The notes: generated by a model from the sequence alone, not told the origin. A stretch of 60,824 bases of DNA, filler included, from Desulfonatronovibrionaceae bacterium (GCA_046539845.1; 2 parts of 2 records of this genome joined end to end with filler, not necessarily neighbours in it), one strand, 5' to 3'; shown: positions 1 to 11,469, counted from the first letter of the whole stretch. Made by a program: numbers and translations.

Positions 1-54
1 CCAGTGGGCGGCCGAGAGGTCGCCGGTAGGTTCGACTCCTATACGCTTCCGCCA
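1..54 (+). tRNA. selC: tRNA-Sec, 3' part (5' end and anticodon lie outside the window)
   Basis: Long variable arm GGCGGCC-GAGA-GGTCGCC, T-arm GTAGG-TTCGACT-CCTAT and 3' end ACGCTTCCGCCA, matching the selC-type ...TTCCGCCA acceptor end. Confidence 0.85.
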
Positions 55-75
55 CAAATTTTCATTCCCGGACGC

Positions 76-1491
76 CTATAAACCGCCCGGCCGGCACCCT
101 GCCATCCATTGATCCAATTCCGCGATCTGGGCAGCCACCGCCTTGGGTCCGGTCCCTCCCGGACTCTCCCGCCTGGCCACCGCCTGCCGGTAATCCAGAA
201 CAGCAAACACGTCCTGATCAATGACCGGAGAAAAGGCCTGCAGGTCCTCCAGGCCCAGGTCTTCCAGGCCCATCCCCCTGGATTCGGCAAAGGCCACCGC
301 CTCGCCGGTTATCCGGTGGGCCTCCCGAAAGGGCACCCCCTTTTCCGCCAGGTAGTCGGCCAGCTCAGTGGCATTTAAAAAACCAGCCCGCAGGGCCTTT
401 TCCATATTCAGGGGATTAAAACAGATATCCCGAACCATCTGGGCCATTATCCGCAGGGAGTCGCGAACCGTTTTGTCCGTGTCCAAAAAGGGTTCCTTGT
501 CTTCCTGCATGTCCCGGTTATAGGCTAGCGGAAGGGCCTTCATAAGAGTCATGAGCGTCATCTGGTTCCCGTATACCCGGGCTGTCTTGCCCCGCATTAT
601 CTCAGCCACGTCCGGATTCTTTTTCTGGGGCATGATCGAGGAACCGGTGGACAGATCATCCGGGAGATGCACAAACCCAAATCCCGGATTGGACCAGACG
701 ATTATCTCCTCGCAGAAACGGCTCAGATGGGTCATGATCACCGCGGCGACAAAAACGGATTCCATCACGAAATCCCGGTCGGACACTGCATCCATGCTGT
801 TTTTGAAACAGCCGTGCATGCCCAGTTCCCGGGCCGGGGCCACGGGATCGATATTATAGGTGGTCCCGGCCAGGGCGGCAGCCCCCAGCGGGGAGACCAG
901 AGTCCTTTTCCGGCACTCCGAGGCCCGTTCAAAATCGCGGCGCAGCATCTGGCAGTAGGCCAAAAGATGGTGCCCCAGGCTCACCGGCTGGGCTGGCTGC
1001 ATATGTGTATATCCGGGCAAAAGCACGGAGATATTCTCCTCGGCCCGGTCCCGGAAGGCCTTTATCAAGAAAAAAATCAACTCCTGCCAGCTCAAGAGCG
1101 CTTCGCCGACAAACAGCCTGAAATCCAGGGCGATCTGATCATTTCGGCTGCGGCCGGTGTGCAGCTTCTGACCGGACCGGCCCGCGATCCGGGTCAGCCG
1201 GTCCTCTATATTCATATGCACGTCTTCCAGATCGGTGCGCCACTGGAAATTCCCGGATTCTATCTCCTCTTTGACCCGATCCAGGCCCTCCAGGATCTTT
1301 TCTGTATCCTCGCGGCTCAGGATCCCCTGTTTTCCCAGCATGCGGGCGTGGGCCTTGGAACCTTCAATGTCCTGGATGTACAGACTGCGGTCAAAGGATA
1401 CGGACTGGGTGTAATCTTCGGCCAAGGGGGCGGTCTCCCCGGAGAACCGCCCGCCCCACAATTTTTCCTTCTTGTCTTGATCCCTGCTCAC
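76..1491 (-). CDS. argH: argininosuccinate lyase
   Basis: [17 protein letters not shown] and [12 protein letters not shown] signatures; GTG start at 1491 with GGAGG RBS preferred over the ORF-track start at 1521. Confidence 0.97.
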   Translation of the reverse strand: MSRDQDKKEKLWGGRFSGETAPLAEDYTQSVSFDRSLYIQDIEGSKAHARMLGKQGILSREDTEKILEGLDRVKEEIESGNFQWRTDLEDVHMNIEDRLTRIAGRSGQKLHTGRSRNDQIALDFRLFVGEALLSWQELIFFLIKAFRDRAEENISVLLPGYTHMQPAQPVSLGHHLLAYCQMLRRDFERASECRKRTLVSPLGAAALAGTTYNIDPVAPARELGMHGCFKNSMDAVSDRDFVMESVFVAAVIMTHLSRFCEEIIVWSNPGFGFVHLPDDLSTGSSIMPQKKNPDVAEIMRGKTARVYGNQMTLMTLMKALPLAYNRDMQEDKEPFLDTDKTVRDSLRIMAQMVRDICFNPLNMEKALRAGFLNATELADYLAEKGVPFREAHRITGEAVAFAESRGMGLEDLGLEDLQAFSPVIDQDVFAVLDYRQAVARRESPGGTGPKAVAAQIAELDQWMAGCRPGGL

Positions 1492-1521
1492 CTGCTGCCA
1501 CCTCCGTGCAATATATGCCAA

Positions 1522-2712
1522 CTATTCCCCGCTACCGGCCAGTCTGAGGCCCTGTAGCCGGATAAAACCCTGGGCGTCGTTCTGGTCATAGCTCTGGTCG
1601 GCCTCAAAAGTGGCCAGATCCTCCCGGTACAAAGAATGCACAGACCGCCTGCCCAGGGGATATACCCCGCCCTTATACAGCTTGATCCGGACCTCACCGG
1701 AGACCTTTTTTTGGGTCTCATCCACCAGGGCCTGCAGGGCCTTTCTCTCCGGGGAATACCAGAACCCGTTATACACGGCCCGGGCATACTGGGGAACAAG
1801 CGAATCCCGGAGATGCATCTCCTCCCGATCCAGGCAGATCCCTTCCAGATCCTGGTGCGCGGCATAAAGGACAGTCCCGCCCGGTGTTTCATAAACACCT
1901 CGGGATTTCATGCCCACAAACCGGTTTTCGACCATGTCCAGCCGGCCGATGCCGTGCCTGCCTGCGATCTGATTCAGTTTTTTCAACAAAGCGGCAGGGC
2001 TGTACTTTGCTTTGTCTATACTCACTGCATTCCCCTTTTCAAAGCCGATTTCCAGTATCTCCGGCTCGTCCGGGGCCTGTTCCACGGGAACAGCCAGATG
2101 ATAGGTTCCCATCCCCGGCTCCTGCCAGGGATCTTCCAGCTCTCCGCCCTCAAAGGATATATGCAGGAGATTGCGGTCGCAACTGTAAGGTTTCTCCCGG
2201 GTCACCGGCACCGGGATGCCGTTTTCCCGGGCAAATTCCACCAGGGCGGTCCGGGAACCCAAGTCCCATTCCCGCCAGGGAGCGATTATCTTCAGATTCG
2301 GGTCCAGGGCCATGAAGGCCAGCTCAAAACGGACCTGATCGTTGCCCTTGCCGGTCGCCCCGTGGGCCACACCCTGGGCTCCCTCGACATGGGCCACCTC
2401 CACCATGCGCTTGGCAATCAGCGGCCGGGCCAGGGAGGTGCCCAATAGATAGCGGCCCTCATAAATGGCCCCGGCCCGAAACGCAGGGAAGACAAAATCG
2501 CGGACAAACTCCTCCTTAAGATCCTCGATATAGGCCTGTGAGGCCCCGGTTTCCTTGGCCTTTTGCTCCAGACCGGTCAGTTCCTCCTCCTGGCCCAAAT
2601 CAGCGGTAAAGGTGACCACTTCGCAGCCGTATTCCTTTTTTATCCATTTCAGGATAACCGAGGTATCCAGTCCCCCGGAATAGGCCAAAACCACCTTGTT
2701 CAATTTTTCCAT
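1522..2712 (-). CDS. argG: argininosuccinate synthase
   Basis: [23 protein letters not shown] and [10 protein letters not shown] motifs; ATG at 2712. Confidence 0.97.
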   Translation of the reverse strand: MEKLNKVVLAYSGGLDTSVILKWIKKEYGCEVVTFTADLGQEEELTGLEQKAKETGASQAYIEDLKEEFVRDFVFPAFRAGAIYEGRYLLGTSLARPLIAKRMVEVAHVEGAQGVAHGATGKGNDQVRFELAFMALDPNLKIIAPWREWDLGSRTALVEFARENGIPVPVTREKPYSCDRNLLHISFEGGELEDPWQEPGMGTYHLAVPVEQAPDEPEILEIGFEKGNAVSIDKAKYSPAALLKKLNQIAGRHGIGRLDMVENRFVGMKSRGVYETPGGTVLYAAHQDLEGICLDREEMHLRDSLVPQYARAVYNGFWYSPERKALQALVDETQKKVSGEVRIKLYKGGVYPLGRRSVHSLYREDLATFEADQSYDQNDAQGFIRLQGLRLAGSGE

Positions 2713-2725
2713 TTCTCGGCTCCGC

Positions 2726-3640
2726 TTATCTAACTTCAAATCCGTCAAATACCCATTGCATAAGCGCTTTTTGCATATGCAGCCTGTTCTCGGCCTGATC
2801 CCAGACGATGGAATGCTCGCCCTCCAGGACCTCCTCGCTTATCTCCTCCCCGCGGTGAGCGGGAAGGCAGTGCAGGACTTTCGCGCCGGAAGCCGCCTCC
2901 CGAAGCAAATCCCGGTTTATCTGGAAGCCGGAAAAGGCCTTTTCCCGCTTTTCTTGCTCCCCTTCCTGACCCATGGAGGCCCAGACATCGGTATTTATAT
3001 ACTCGGCCTCCTGTACTGCTTCCCGGGGGTCGTGGGTCAAAAAAATCTTTGCCCCGGCCTGCAGGGCGCTGGAAAGTATCTCCGGATCGGGCTCATATCC
3101 TTTGGGAACGGCCATATTCAGCTGAAACGGGAAATAAATGGCCGCGTTTATCCAGGAGTGGGCCATATTGTTGCCGTCCCCCACCCAGGCGATCTTGAGT
3201 TCGGGAAATCCCTTGCCCCTCTCGGATATGGTCAAAAGATCGCTCATGACCTGGCAGGGGTGATACATATCCGTAAGCGCGTTTATGACCGGTATGTCAC
3301 TGTAATAGGCCAGTTCCTGCAGCTTGTTCTGCCCGAAAGTACGGACCACCAATCCGTCCGCATACCTGGAAAGGACCCTGGCGGTATCCTTCAGGGGCTC
3401 GCTTCGGCCCAGCTGAGACTCGTTCGGGGTCATGAATACGCAATCCCCCCCGGCCTGGGATATACCGACTTCAAAAGATACCCGGGTCCGGGTGGAGGAT
3501 TTCTCAAAGACAAGGACAATATTTTTACCCTGTAAAAAAAGGGCCTTCCTGGTCCCGGATTTAAACTCCCCGGCCCGTTTCAGGGCCTCGTGCGCTGCAG
3601 AGCAAGGCATATCCAGGATAGAGAGCAGATGGTTGACCAT
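2726..3640 (-). CDS. argF: ornithine carbamoyltransferase
   Basis: [20 protein letters not shown] and HCLPAHRG motifs; adjacent to argG and argH. Confidence 0.97.
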   Translation of the reverse strand: MVNHLLSILDMPCSAAHEALKRAGEFKSGTRKALFLQGKNIVLVFEKSSTRTRVSFEVGISQAGGDCVFMTPNESQLGRSEPLKDTARVLSRYADGLVVRTFGQNKLQELAYYSDIPVINALTDMYHPCQVMSDLLTISERGKGFPELKIAWVGDGNNMAHSWINAAIYFPFQLNMAVPKGYEPDPEILSSALQAGAKIFLTHDPREAVQEAEYINTDVWASMGQEGEQEKREKAFSGFQINRDLLREAASGAKVLHCLPAHRGEEISEEVLEGEHSIVWDQAENRLHMQKALMQWVFDGFEVR

Positions 3641-3781
3641 GTTCAGACTCCAGATGGTACTGGTTGGTAAAAGGAGGTTTTGTGCCTGATAAAGTTTGAA
3701 ATGTAAAGATGCCGAAAGCCGCGGCAGGCATGGAATCCCGCAGTACCCGTTCGCTACGGGGCCGGCTTATCAGGCAGGGCG

Positions 3782-4888
3782 TTAAATCCTGCTTAGGGTG
3801 TATTCCCTTGTTCCCAGGCCCAGCTTGCGGGCATGCTCCAAAAGATGTTCCCCGTCTGTGTCCTTGTTCGCCGCTTTGAACTTGTCCTCCCCGGGACGGA
3901 TATCTTTGGGCAAAGCACTGGGATAAACCGGCAGGGCCTGGTTGACCAGATCCAGACAACATTGGTCCAGGGCCACGGGGTCGAAGGAGGCCAGAACCCC
4001 GAGGTCCGGGCATATGGGGGCATCATTGAACCCCGGGCAATCGCACCCCGGAGAGACATTGAATACATAGTTTACGTGCAGCACCCTGTTTTCGCGTGGT
4101 AAGAGCGCGGCAGCGGCGTACTCGGCCACTTTCTCCATAAACCCCTTGAGTTCGGTACTGAAATCTATCTGCAATGCACCGGTGGGGCAGACCCGGATGC
4201 AGGAGGCGCAGCCCACGCATTTCTCCCGGTCCAGCTGAATGCCATCCCCGTCCAGGGACAGCGCACCGGGGGCGCAGACCTCGAGGCACACCCCGCAGGC
4301 CTCGCAGTGCTCGGCCTTGACCTTGGGGCCGGTCCCACAGTGCTGCTGCATCTTGCCCCGCCTGGTGGCGCAGCCCATGCCGATATTCTTGAGCGCCCCC
4401 CCGAATCCGGTCAGGGCGTGGCCCTTGAAATGGCTCAGGTTCACGATTCCGTCCGCATCCAGGATGTCCCCGGCAATGTAGGCGTACTCGAAATGCTTGC
4501 CCGGGCAGGGGACAGGGCGCTCATTGTTACTCTTCAACCCGTCCGCGATAATCACCGGGGCGCCGAGGAGATTGGGATCAAAGCCGTGCGCCGCTGCCTG
4601 CAGGGCGTGTGAGACGGCTTCACCCCTCTGGCCCATGTACAGGGTGTTGGTGTCGGTCAAAAAGGGCTTGCTTCCGGACTTGCGCAGATAGTCCAGGACC
4701 GGGGACACCCACAGCGGAGACACAAACCCGGTTGTCCCCTGCTCCCCGAAGTGGATCTTGACTGCGACCAGAGGGCCTTCCTGCAGCGACTTATGTGCCC
4801 CGGCGGTCTTTAAGAGCTTTTTTATGCGCAGGTTAAAGGGCATCTTTGCCGAGGCACGCAAATCCCAGAAGTATACACTGGCAGCCAA
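3782..4888 (-). CDS. DUF362 family Fe-S protein with 2x[4Fe-4S] ferredoxin domain
   Basis: VAVKIHFGE and HFKGH...GGALKNIGMGC motifs; two CxxCxxCxxxCP motifs; TTG start with GGAGG RBS. Confidence 0.85.
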   Translation of the reverse strand: MAASVYFWDLRASAKMPFNLRIKKLLKTAGAHKSLQEGPLVAVKIHFGEQGTTGFVSPLWVSPVLDYLRKSGSKPFLTDTNTLYMGQRGEAVSHALQAAAHGFDPNLLGAPVIIADGLKSNNERPVPCPGKHFEYAYIAGDILDADGIVNLSHFKGHALTGFGGALKNIGMGCATRRGKMQQHCGTGPKVKAEHCEACGVCLEVCAPGALSLDGDGIQLDREKCVGCASCIRVCPTGALQIDFSTELKGFMEKVAEYAAAALLPRENRVLHVNYVFNVSPGCDCPGFNDAPICPDLGVLASFDPVALDQCCLDLVNQALPVYPSALPKDIRPGEDKFKAANKDTDGEHLLEHARKLGLGTREYTLSRI

Positions 4889-4946
4889 AACAACCTCCCT
4901 GGTCTGTTTATCCGCGGCAACCCGAGTGGGTAAGCGGAAAAATTTT

Positions 4947-5276
4947 CTATTGAAAATACTTGTCTAGTTCATCGTAAAGGACCTTAAAATACATCATCTT
5001 CGGCCCCCCGCCCATGACCACGGCCATCATGGCCGCATCCAGGATCTCCTCCTTGCTCGCGCCCTCGTTTACCGCGTTTTTGACATGCACGGCAATGCAC
5101 CAAGTACACTGCTGGGCCACGGCCAAAGAGACGCAGATAAGGCATTTCACTTTGGAGTCCAAAACCCCCTTGGTCTTGGCCGTTTTCACGAAATTCATAA
5201 AGCTGTTGACCGGTTTGGGCGCGTCCTGGCTCAGATTTTTGAACAATTCATCTGCTTCGGCTATGAGATCGCTCAT
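4947..5276 (-). CDS. carboxymuconolactone decarboxylase/AhpD family protein
   Basis: LDSKVKCLI...QCTWCIAVH CxxC motif and GASKEEI; ATG at 5276. Confidence 0.85.
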   Translation of the reverse strand: MSDLIAEADELFKNLSQDAPKPVNSFMNFVKTAKTKGVLDSKVKCLICVSLAVAQQCTWCIAVHVKNAVNEGASKEEILDAAMMAVVMGGGPKMMYFKVLYDELDKYFQ

Positions 5277-5373
5277 GTCAAAACCTCGCTTTTTTTTGTT
5301 CCGGAAATAAAAAAGGGAAGGATCAGCTTGATCCTTCCCTTTGACGATAAACAGCTTGCCCTCGGGATGCAAA

Positions 5374-6642
5374 CTAAAATTTATACCCCACGGACAGCCC
5401 GGCTATATGGCTGTAGCCGTTCTTGAATTCGCCGTCCAGGATATTATCATCATCCCTGGCGTTCACGTCCCGGTCCTTTATGACCAGATAGGTATAAGAC
5501 AGGTCCACGGTCCAGTTGTCCCAGTGCAGGCCGGTACCCAGGCCGTAAAGCTGGCGGTCGTTGGCCGGGACCATGTAGTCCACGGTCTTGTCCGGGATGG
5601 GGCTCTCGTCATATACGTAGCTGGCCCGGATATCCCACATCTCGTTTATGCTGTACTCCGCCCCGAACTGCAGCCGCCAGGTATCCTCCCATTCCTTGGG
5701 AGTAGTAGTTGAGGGCTGACCCAAAATCCCTTTATCGTAATTCATAGTTAGTTCTTCGTAACTGCTCCAGCCGGTGCGCACCGCGTCCGCTTCAATGGAC
5801 AGATTATCCAAAGGATAGACCGCCACCCCCATGGTCCAGGAGTCAGGCAAAGTTATGTCCCCGTGCGCCCCTCCGTCAGGGAAGGCATCCTGGACCTCCT
5901 CAGGCTGATCCTTGGTGGAGAATTCGGCATCACCGCGCACATTCTGGGTCACCTCGCTACGATAGATAACCCCCATTTTCAACCACTCGGTCGGGGTGTA
6001 ATGCACTGCCGCGTCAAACCCGTAGCCCACACTGTCCCCTTTCAGCTTGGATTTAAAAGGGGTGCCGGGCAATGTATATTTTGCAGGGTCAATATAATTT
6101 TCCTTGGTAAACTCGAACCACATGGCCTCCACGCCCACGGCAAAGGACAAATCCTCGGTCAGTTTGATGCCCAGATTGGGGTTCACGGATACCGAGTTTA
6201 TGCCCGCGTAAGTGGTATTGTACCGGCCGGCCCAGTCATCCGGGTATTCCGTGCCCAAACCATAGCGGGAGAATATCCCCACTCCCAGCCAGTAGCGCTT
6301 CCCGAGCTGGGTGGTCAGATAGGCGTGCGGGGGGAGCCAGATATTGTTTTTGCCCGCTGTGGTCTCTGTCTCGCCCCCGTTTTTGGTGACCACATCCACC
6401 TGCGGATTTATCCCGCTCAAACCGGCCATTGCCTGCGTTCCGTTCAGCTGGGTCATGCCCGCCGGATTATAGGCCACTGCCGAGGCATCGTCCGCCCGAC
6501 CCACAAGGGTTCCGCCGAGGGCGTTTCCCCGGGCGCTCCATTCATAGATCCCGAAACCTGATCCCCGGGCCTGCCCTGCCCCCAGGACAAACATGGCCGT
6601 CAGGGCGAAAAAAACCACTGCGGTCCTGAACTCAAATCGCAT
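5374..6642 (-). CDS. OmpP1/FadL family outer-membrane transporter
   Basis: Signal peptide, GFGIYEWS...DDASAVAYNPAG hatch motif, C-terminal YKF beta-signal. Confidence 0.9.
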   Translation of the reverse strand: MRFEFRTAVVFFALTAMFVLGAGQARGSGFGIYEWSARGNALGGTLVGRADDASAVAYNPAGMTQLNGTQAMAGLSGINPQVDVVTKNGGETETTAGKNNIWLPPHAYLTTQLGKRYWLGVGIFSRYGLGTEYPDDWAGRYNTTYAGINSVSVNPNLGIKLTEDLSFAVGVEAMWFEFTKENYIDPAKYTLPGTPFKSKLKGDSVGYGFDAAVHYTPTEWLKMGVIYRSEVTQNVRGDAEFSTKDQPEEVQDAFPDGGAHGDITLPDSWTMGVAVYPLDNLSIEADAVRTGWSSYEELTMNYDKGILGQPSTTTPKEWEDTWRLQFGAEYSINEMWDIRASYVYDESPIPDKTVDYMVPANDRQLYGLGTGLHWDNWTVDLSYTYLVIKDRDVNARDDDNILDGEFKNGYSHIAGLSVGYKF

Positions 6643-6816
6643 ACTCCCTCCCTGAACAATTGGTTTGAAAGATAAAAGATTTTAGCGGCACATAAAACTC
6701 CGCCCGGGTACATGCACGAAAAGCAAAAATCAACCCTATTTTTGGGGCTTCGAAGACAAAAGGGCTTACAGGGTATAAGGAACCCAGGCGATAAGGGCAA
6801 AAAAACAGGCCGACTC

Positions 6817-7965
6817 TTATGCCTTTCTGCCGTGCAGGTATTTGAAAAGGGTGGGGGCGGTAAGACAGGTCAAAAGGGCCAAAAGGACAAAGGCGTCCTT
6901 GGTCGGCGCACTTATGAAGCCTTCCTGCCGACCAATGGTGACCGCGGCGATTATCAGGCTCAGGCGGGAAGAGAGCAGCACACCGGCCTTGAAGGCCTGG
7001 GCCGGGGGCATCCTCTGCCAGGTAAAGAGCATGGCCGGGAGCACCTTGACCGCAAAGGCCAAGACAAAGAGGAGCCCGGTTATTTTCAGCTGGGACCAGG
7101 ATATTACATTGGCCAGGTCAAAATTCATGCCCACGTGGATAAAGAATATGGGGATCAAAAAACCGAACCCCAGTCCGGATATCTTGCTTTCCAGGGCCTC
7201 TTTCTCCCGCATGGCGAAGGAAAGCACGCACCCGCCCATAAACGCACCCAAAACCGGTTCCAGGTGCACCAGCTCGGACAAAGCGACCATGCAAAAAAGC
7301 AGGGCCAAAGCCAGACGCACCCCCTGTTCATTGGCGTCTTCGGCGGCCAGGAGGGCCTCCGCCCGCTCTGGATTCCACCAGGCCCAAAGCCGGGCCGCCC
7401 AGAGCAGAAAACCGAATCCGAAAAAAAGGAGCAAAGGATTGAAGAGCTGCCAGTCCAGACCATGTTTATGCCCCAGGACATACAGGGTTATGGCCAAAAG
7501 GGTGACAAAGTCGGCCAAAGATGCGGCCAAAAGTAGGTTCTGGCCGAATTTGGAACGGCTGAGCCCGGCATCCTTTATGGCCGGCATGACCAGTCCCAAA
7601 GAGGTCGTGGCCAGAACCAGGGCCACGAATATACCCTTGTTTAAAATCCAGGCGCAGGCCAAGGACAGGGCAAAGGTCCCGGCAAGCACGGCCAATTGGA
7701 TGCAGATATCTTTGGCCGACTGCCTGGCCAACAGATCAAAATCTATCTCCATCCCGGAATAGAACATGAGGACCAGAAAGCCCAGATGGGCCAAAAGCAC
7801 CGGCCAGTCCCCGGAAAATCCCAGGTCCAGAAAGCTCTTGCCCAGGAATATGCCGAAAATTATCTCCATTACCGCCGGGGGCATGCGCATAAGGCGGCTC
7901 AGACCCGGGAGTACGGCCACTGCCCCGGCCACGACAAAAAGAGACACCGCCTGATCCAGGATCAT
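6817..7965 (-). CDS. CPA2 family cation:proton antiporter
   Basis: Many TM segments; GMEID, ATTSLG, LGAFMGG and FLIPIFFIHVG motifs; ATG overlaps the upstream TGA (ATGA). Confidence 0.88.
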   Translation of the reverse strand: MILDQAVSLFVVAGAVAVLPGLSRLMRMPPAVMEIIFGIFLGKSFLDLGFSGDWPVLLAHLGFLVLMFYSGMEIDFDLLARQSAKDICIQLAVLAGTFALSLACAWILNKGIFVALVLATTSLGLVMPAIKDAGLSRSKFGQNLLLAASLADFVTLLAITLYVLGHKHGLDWQLFNPLLLFFGFGFLLWAARLWAWWNPERAEALLAAEDANEQGVRLALALLFCMVALSELVHLEPVLGAFMGGCVLSFAMREKEALESKISGLGFGFLIPIFFIHVGMNFDLANVISWSQLKITGLLFVLAFAVKVLPAMLFTWQRMPPAQAFKAGVLLSSRLSLIIAAVTIGRQEGFISAPTKDAFVLLALLTCLTAPTLFKYLHGRKA

Positions 7966-9377
7966 GACTCCCCGCCCGGCAAAAAAAGGACCGAGCAGCC
8001 GCACCTGGAGGCCACCAGCTCGGAGATGTTCGGATACAAAAACAGGCCTTCCGGTCGACCGGACTCACCCAGGACCATAAGATCATAATCCGCGGCTGCG
8101 GCCATGGCCTGCTTGACCGGATTGCCCTGCCTTACCTCTTCCTGGATCTCGAATTTCAGGATATGGGCCTGCTCCCTGATCTCGGCCAACATGGCTTCAT
8201 CCGGACCGTCTTTACCCCCTCCGCTGATTATCTCTTTCTCCCGGACCACCAGGGCGGTGACCCGGGCTCCGAACTGCTTGCCCAAATCCACCGCCGCGTG
8301 CAGGACGTGCTCCGGATCAGTGCAGTGGGAAAAAAAGACCAAAATCCGCTCATACGGGAAAGTGCCCCTGGAAAACAGGACCGGGCGCTTGGTCTCCTGG
8401 ACCAAAGAGAGGTAGTTGTTGCGGCCCAGATAGCGCCATATGGAGGGGGCCGGGGCCGGAAGCATGACCACCGCTGGCAGGTGCGCGGCAGCGATTTTGC
8501 CCAAGGCGGCCATATAATCCTTTCCCCGGGGCAGATAATTCAGGGGCATCTCCTCGGACCACCGCTTTAGTAGTTTGCTGTTTTCAGCCTGCCCTTTATC
8601 AAACAAGACATCCACTTGCCCGAGTTGTACCCCCTTGACAAACTCATTCGCCTCCTGGACCACAAGCCCGGCCCCGACATCCGGATCCAAGGCCAAAAGC
8701 AGGCTCCGACCGCTGTTGTGCGGGAACTGCGGACTGCCGCATTCAGCAAGGTCACAGACCTCGGAAAACAGCCCCTCCCGGCCCAGGATGATCAGCCGAT
8801 CGCTGGGCTGGACAGGCGTGTTTTCATCCGGGAACACTAGATCCTCGCCCTTAAACATGCCCACCACCCGCCAATTATCCTGATTGAGCTCCTTGATGCT
8901 CTTTCCGGCCACCGGAAAATAGTTGGACACGTCCATCTCCATCAAGTCCGCCCGCCCCAAGTCCAGGGGCATGACCTTGATTCGCGGGTCCTGCAGATAA
9001 TGATACACACTCTTGGCCAGTATCCCGCTTGAGGACACGGTCCGGACGCCCAGGCGGGAAAATTCGCTTATGCGTCTATGGCTGTTGACCAGTGCCAGGG
9101 GGTGATCCACGTCCTTTTCCCGGGCGAAGCGCATAATGGCCAGGTTCGCGTCATCGCTCCCGGTCATGGCCAAGACATAGTCAAACCCGGAAAGCCCGGC
9201 CCGGTCCAGGACCACCGGGCTGGAGGCGTCCCCGAGGACCTTTTCCCGGACCGAATCGTGCTCCGCCTTCTCAAGTGCGCCGGGATCAATATCGATAACG
9301 GTAACCTCCCAACCCTCGACCAAAAACTCCAGGAGCTGTCTGGAGATGCGGCTAAGACCACACAGCAAAACGCGCAT
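7962..9377 (-). CDS. TrkA-N/TrkA-C (RCK) protein fused to C-terminal universal-stress-protein domains
   Basis: N-terminal Rossmann fold (VTVIDID, GDAS, TGSDDANL); RCK_C (FPDENTPVQPSDRLII); USP motifs (YERILV, GNPVK, DLMVLG, CSVL). Confidence 0.75.
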   Translation of the reverse strand: MRVLLCGLSRISRQLLEFLVEGWEVTVIDIDPGALEKAEHDSVREKVLGDASSPVVLDRAGLSGFDYVLAMTGSDDANLAIMRFAREKDVDHPLALVNSHRRISEFSRLGVRTVSSSGILAKSVYHYLQDPRIKVMPLDLGRADLMEMDVSNYFPVAGKSIKELNQDNWRVVGMFKGEDLVFPDENTPVQPSDRLIILGREGLFSEVCDLAECGSPQFPHNSGRSLLLALDPDVGAGLVVQEANEFVKGVQLGQVDVLFDKGQAENSKLLKRWSEEMPLNYLPRGKDYMAALGKIAAAHLPAVVMLPAPAPSIWRYLGRNNYLSLVQETKRPVLFSRGTFPYERILVFFSHCTDPEHVLHAAVDLGKQFGARVTALVVREKEIISGGGKDGPDEAMLAEIREQAHILKFEIQEEVRQGNPVKQAMAAAADYDLMVLGESGRPEGLFLYPNISELVASRCGCSVLFLPGGES

Positions 9378-9785
9378 ACCCCCCCCTAACGGATTGTCTT
9401 TTGCCTGTTACCAAGCCCCTTACCCGGCCCGGGCAGACGGCTTGCAGATAAAAACCTGCGGAAAACAGGCGCCGCGGCCGACTATTTTATCCTGATATTA
9501 GGCGTAAAACATAAATGCGGTCAACTGACAGGACCCAGTGCTTGGTAAGTATCCGGAGCCGGTAGGGATCATAGATCTGTCCATATTTAAACATATTTTG
9601 GACCCATCCCTTGCATCGCCTACAGTCAAGCCCATCTTATAACCTGCAATCAATAAAAAAATACTGCTCGATTGACACCAAGGCACTAAAAATGTCATTT
9701 ATATAATAATTTGGATCCAAGACCGGTTTAACCATCTCAGCCGGAACCCAAAAACACCTTCCAGCCCATTAAATAAGGAGAAACC

Positions 9786-11375
9786 ATGAGCAACGCCCGA
9801 GAAGAAAAAAAGTATGAGGAACTAAGCCCTTTTGAGCTGAAGAACAAGCTGATCTCCATGGCCGCCTCCAGGCAGGAAGAGACAATGCTCAATGCCGGAA
9901 GGGGCAATCCCAATTGGGTGGCCACTCTGCCCAGGGAGGCGTTTTTCCTTTTGGGTAATTTCGCCCTGGAAGAAGGACACCGGGTTTTAAGTCGGCCCGG
10001 TCTTGCCGGGGCGCCGCAAGCACAGGGGATAGGCGAGCGCTTTGTCCAGTTCTGCCGCAGGAAGGCCGAACATACAGGAGGCCAATTCCTGGATAACTCC
10101 TACAGATATGTTACCACAACCCTAGGCCTGAACGGGGATGAGTTTATCGCCGAAATGGTCGACGCCATACTCGGAGACCACTACCCCACCCCGGACAGAA
10201 TGCTCAAAAACGCCCAGGAGATAGTCCGGGAATATCTGAATCTGACCATGTGCGACAGCCAGCCCCCAAAGGACACCCTGGACCTGTTCGCGGTCGAGGG
10301 CGGAACAGCGGCCATGACCTATATCTTCAATTCCCTGAAGGAAAATTTTCTGCTCAACCCGGGGGACAAAATCGCCCTGGGTACGCCAATTTTCACCCCC
10401 TATCTGGAAATACCTCCGCTGAATGATTATCAGCTAGAAATCGTGGAGATCAAGCAGGACGAGCACCACGACTGGCAATATCCCCCGCAGGAGCTGGAAA
10501 AACTAAAAGATCCCGCGATAAAGGCCTTCTTCCTAGTCAACCCCTCCAATCCCTCCTCGGTCAGCGTGGACGAGAAATCCCTTAAAATGCTTGCCGATCT
10601 AGTCCAAAAGGAAAGAAAAGACCTGATCATCCTCACCGATGATGTCTACGGCACATTTGTCAACGGCTTCAAGTCCCTGGCCGCAACAGCCCCCAGAAAC
10701 ACCATTCTGGTCTATTCCTATTCCAAATATTTCGGGGCCACCGGCTGGAGACTGGGGGTTATCGGTATTCACCAGGACAACGTCCTGGACGAAATGATCG
10801 CTCGTTTGCCCCGGGATAAACAGACCGGGATGCACAAACGCTATGAATCCATCTCCACCGAGCCGGAAAAACTGAAGCTGATAGACCGCATGGTGGCCGA
10901 CAGCCGGGCTGTTGCCCTGAACCACACCTCGGGACTGTCTACTCCGCAACAGGTGATGATGGTCCTTTTCTCCCTGCAGGAGCTTTTGGATGCGGACAGC
11001 CGCCTGTACCGCAAGGAAGTCCAGGACATCGTCCACGAACGCTACAGCGCCCTGTATAATGCACTTGGGACACAGGGAGGGCTTTTGCCCTGCTATGCCC
11101 AATACTACACGACCATAGATATCTACGAGCTTGCAGCCAAGCGGCATGGAGAGGAATTTGCCGCTTGGCTGAAAAAAACGCACGAGCCGATTGATTTTGT
11201 CTGGCGCCTGGCCGAGGAAAAGGGCGTGGTCCTCATGGACGGAGGCGGATTTGACGCCCCGGAAATGTCGGTCCGGGTCTCTTTGGCCAATCTGTTCAAG
11301 GCCGACTATGAAAGGATCGGCAAGGCCATAAGCGAACTTCTGGAGGACTATTACCAGCAGTTTGCCGGCAAATAG
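9786..11375 (+). CDS. aspD: aspartate 4-decarboxylase (PLP-dependent)
   Basis: LSPFELKN, LNAGRGNPNW, EGGTAAM, YSYSKYFGATGWRLG and ALNHTSGLSTPQQ motifs. Confidence 0.95.
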   Translation: MSNAREEKKYEELSPFELKNKLISMAASRQEETMLNAGRGNPNWVATLPREAFFLLGNFALEEGHRVLSRPGLAGAPQAQGIGERFVQFCRRKAEHTGGQFLDNSYRYVTTTLGLNGDEFIAEMVDAILGDHYPTPDRMLKNAQEIVREYLNLTMCDSQPPKDTLDLFAVEGGTAAMTYIFNSLKENFLLNPGDKIALGTPIFTPYLEIPPLNDYQLEIVEIKQDEHHDWQYPPQELEKLKDPAIKAFFLVNPSNPSSVSVDEKSLKMLADLVQKERKDLIILTDDVYGTFVNGFKSLAATAPRNTILVYSYSKYFGATGWRLGVIGIHQDNVLDEMIARLPRDKQTGMHKRYESISTEPEKLKLIDRMVADSRAVALNHTSGLSTPQQVMMVLFSLQELLDADSRLYRKEVQDIVHERYSALYNALGTQGGLLPCYAQYYTTIDIYELAAKRHGEEFAAWLKKTHEPIDFVWRLAEEKGVVLMDGGGFDAPEMSVRVSLANLFKADYERIGKAISELLEDYYQQFAGK

Positions 11376-11435
11376 GATTCTTTTATTCCGGAAGGTTAAC
11401 AACACTTGGTTATTATTACCTGGCATTTGATCCGT

Positions 11436-11469
11436 CATCCGGCACTCCCCTGAAGATGAGTGCCGGATG
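11436..11469 (+). other. intergenic hairpin between aspD and aspT
   Basis: 12-bp perfect stem CATCCGGCACTC / GAGTGCCGGATG with no U-tract; possible mRNA-stabilising or processing hairpin. Confidence 0.5.

Noticed and set aside
9672..9707. TTGACA...TATAAT promoter for aspD
   Set aside because: The 24-nt spacer is too long for sigma70
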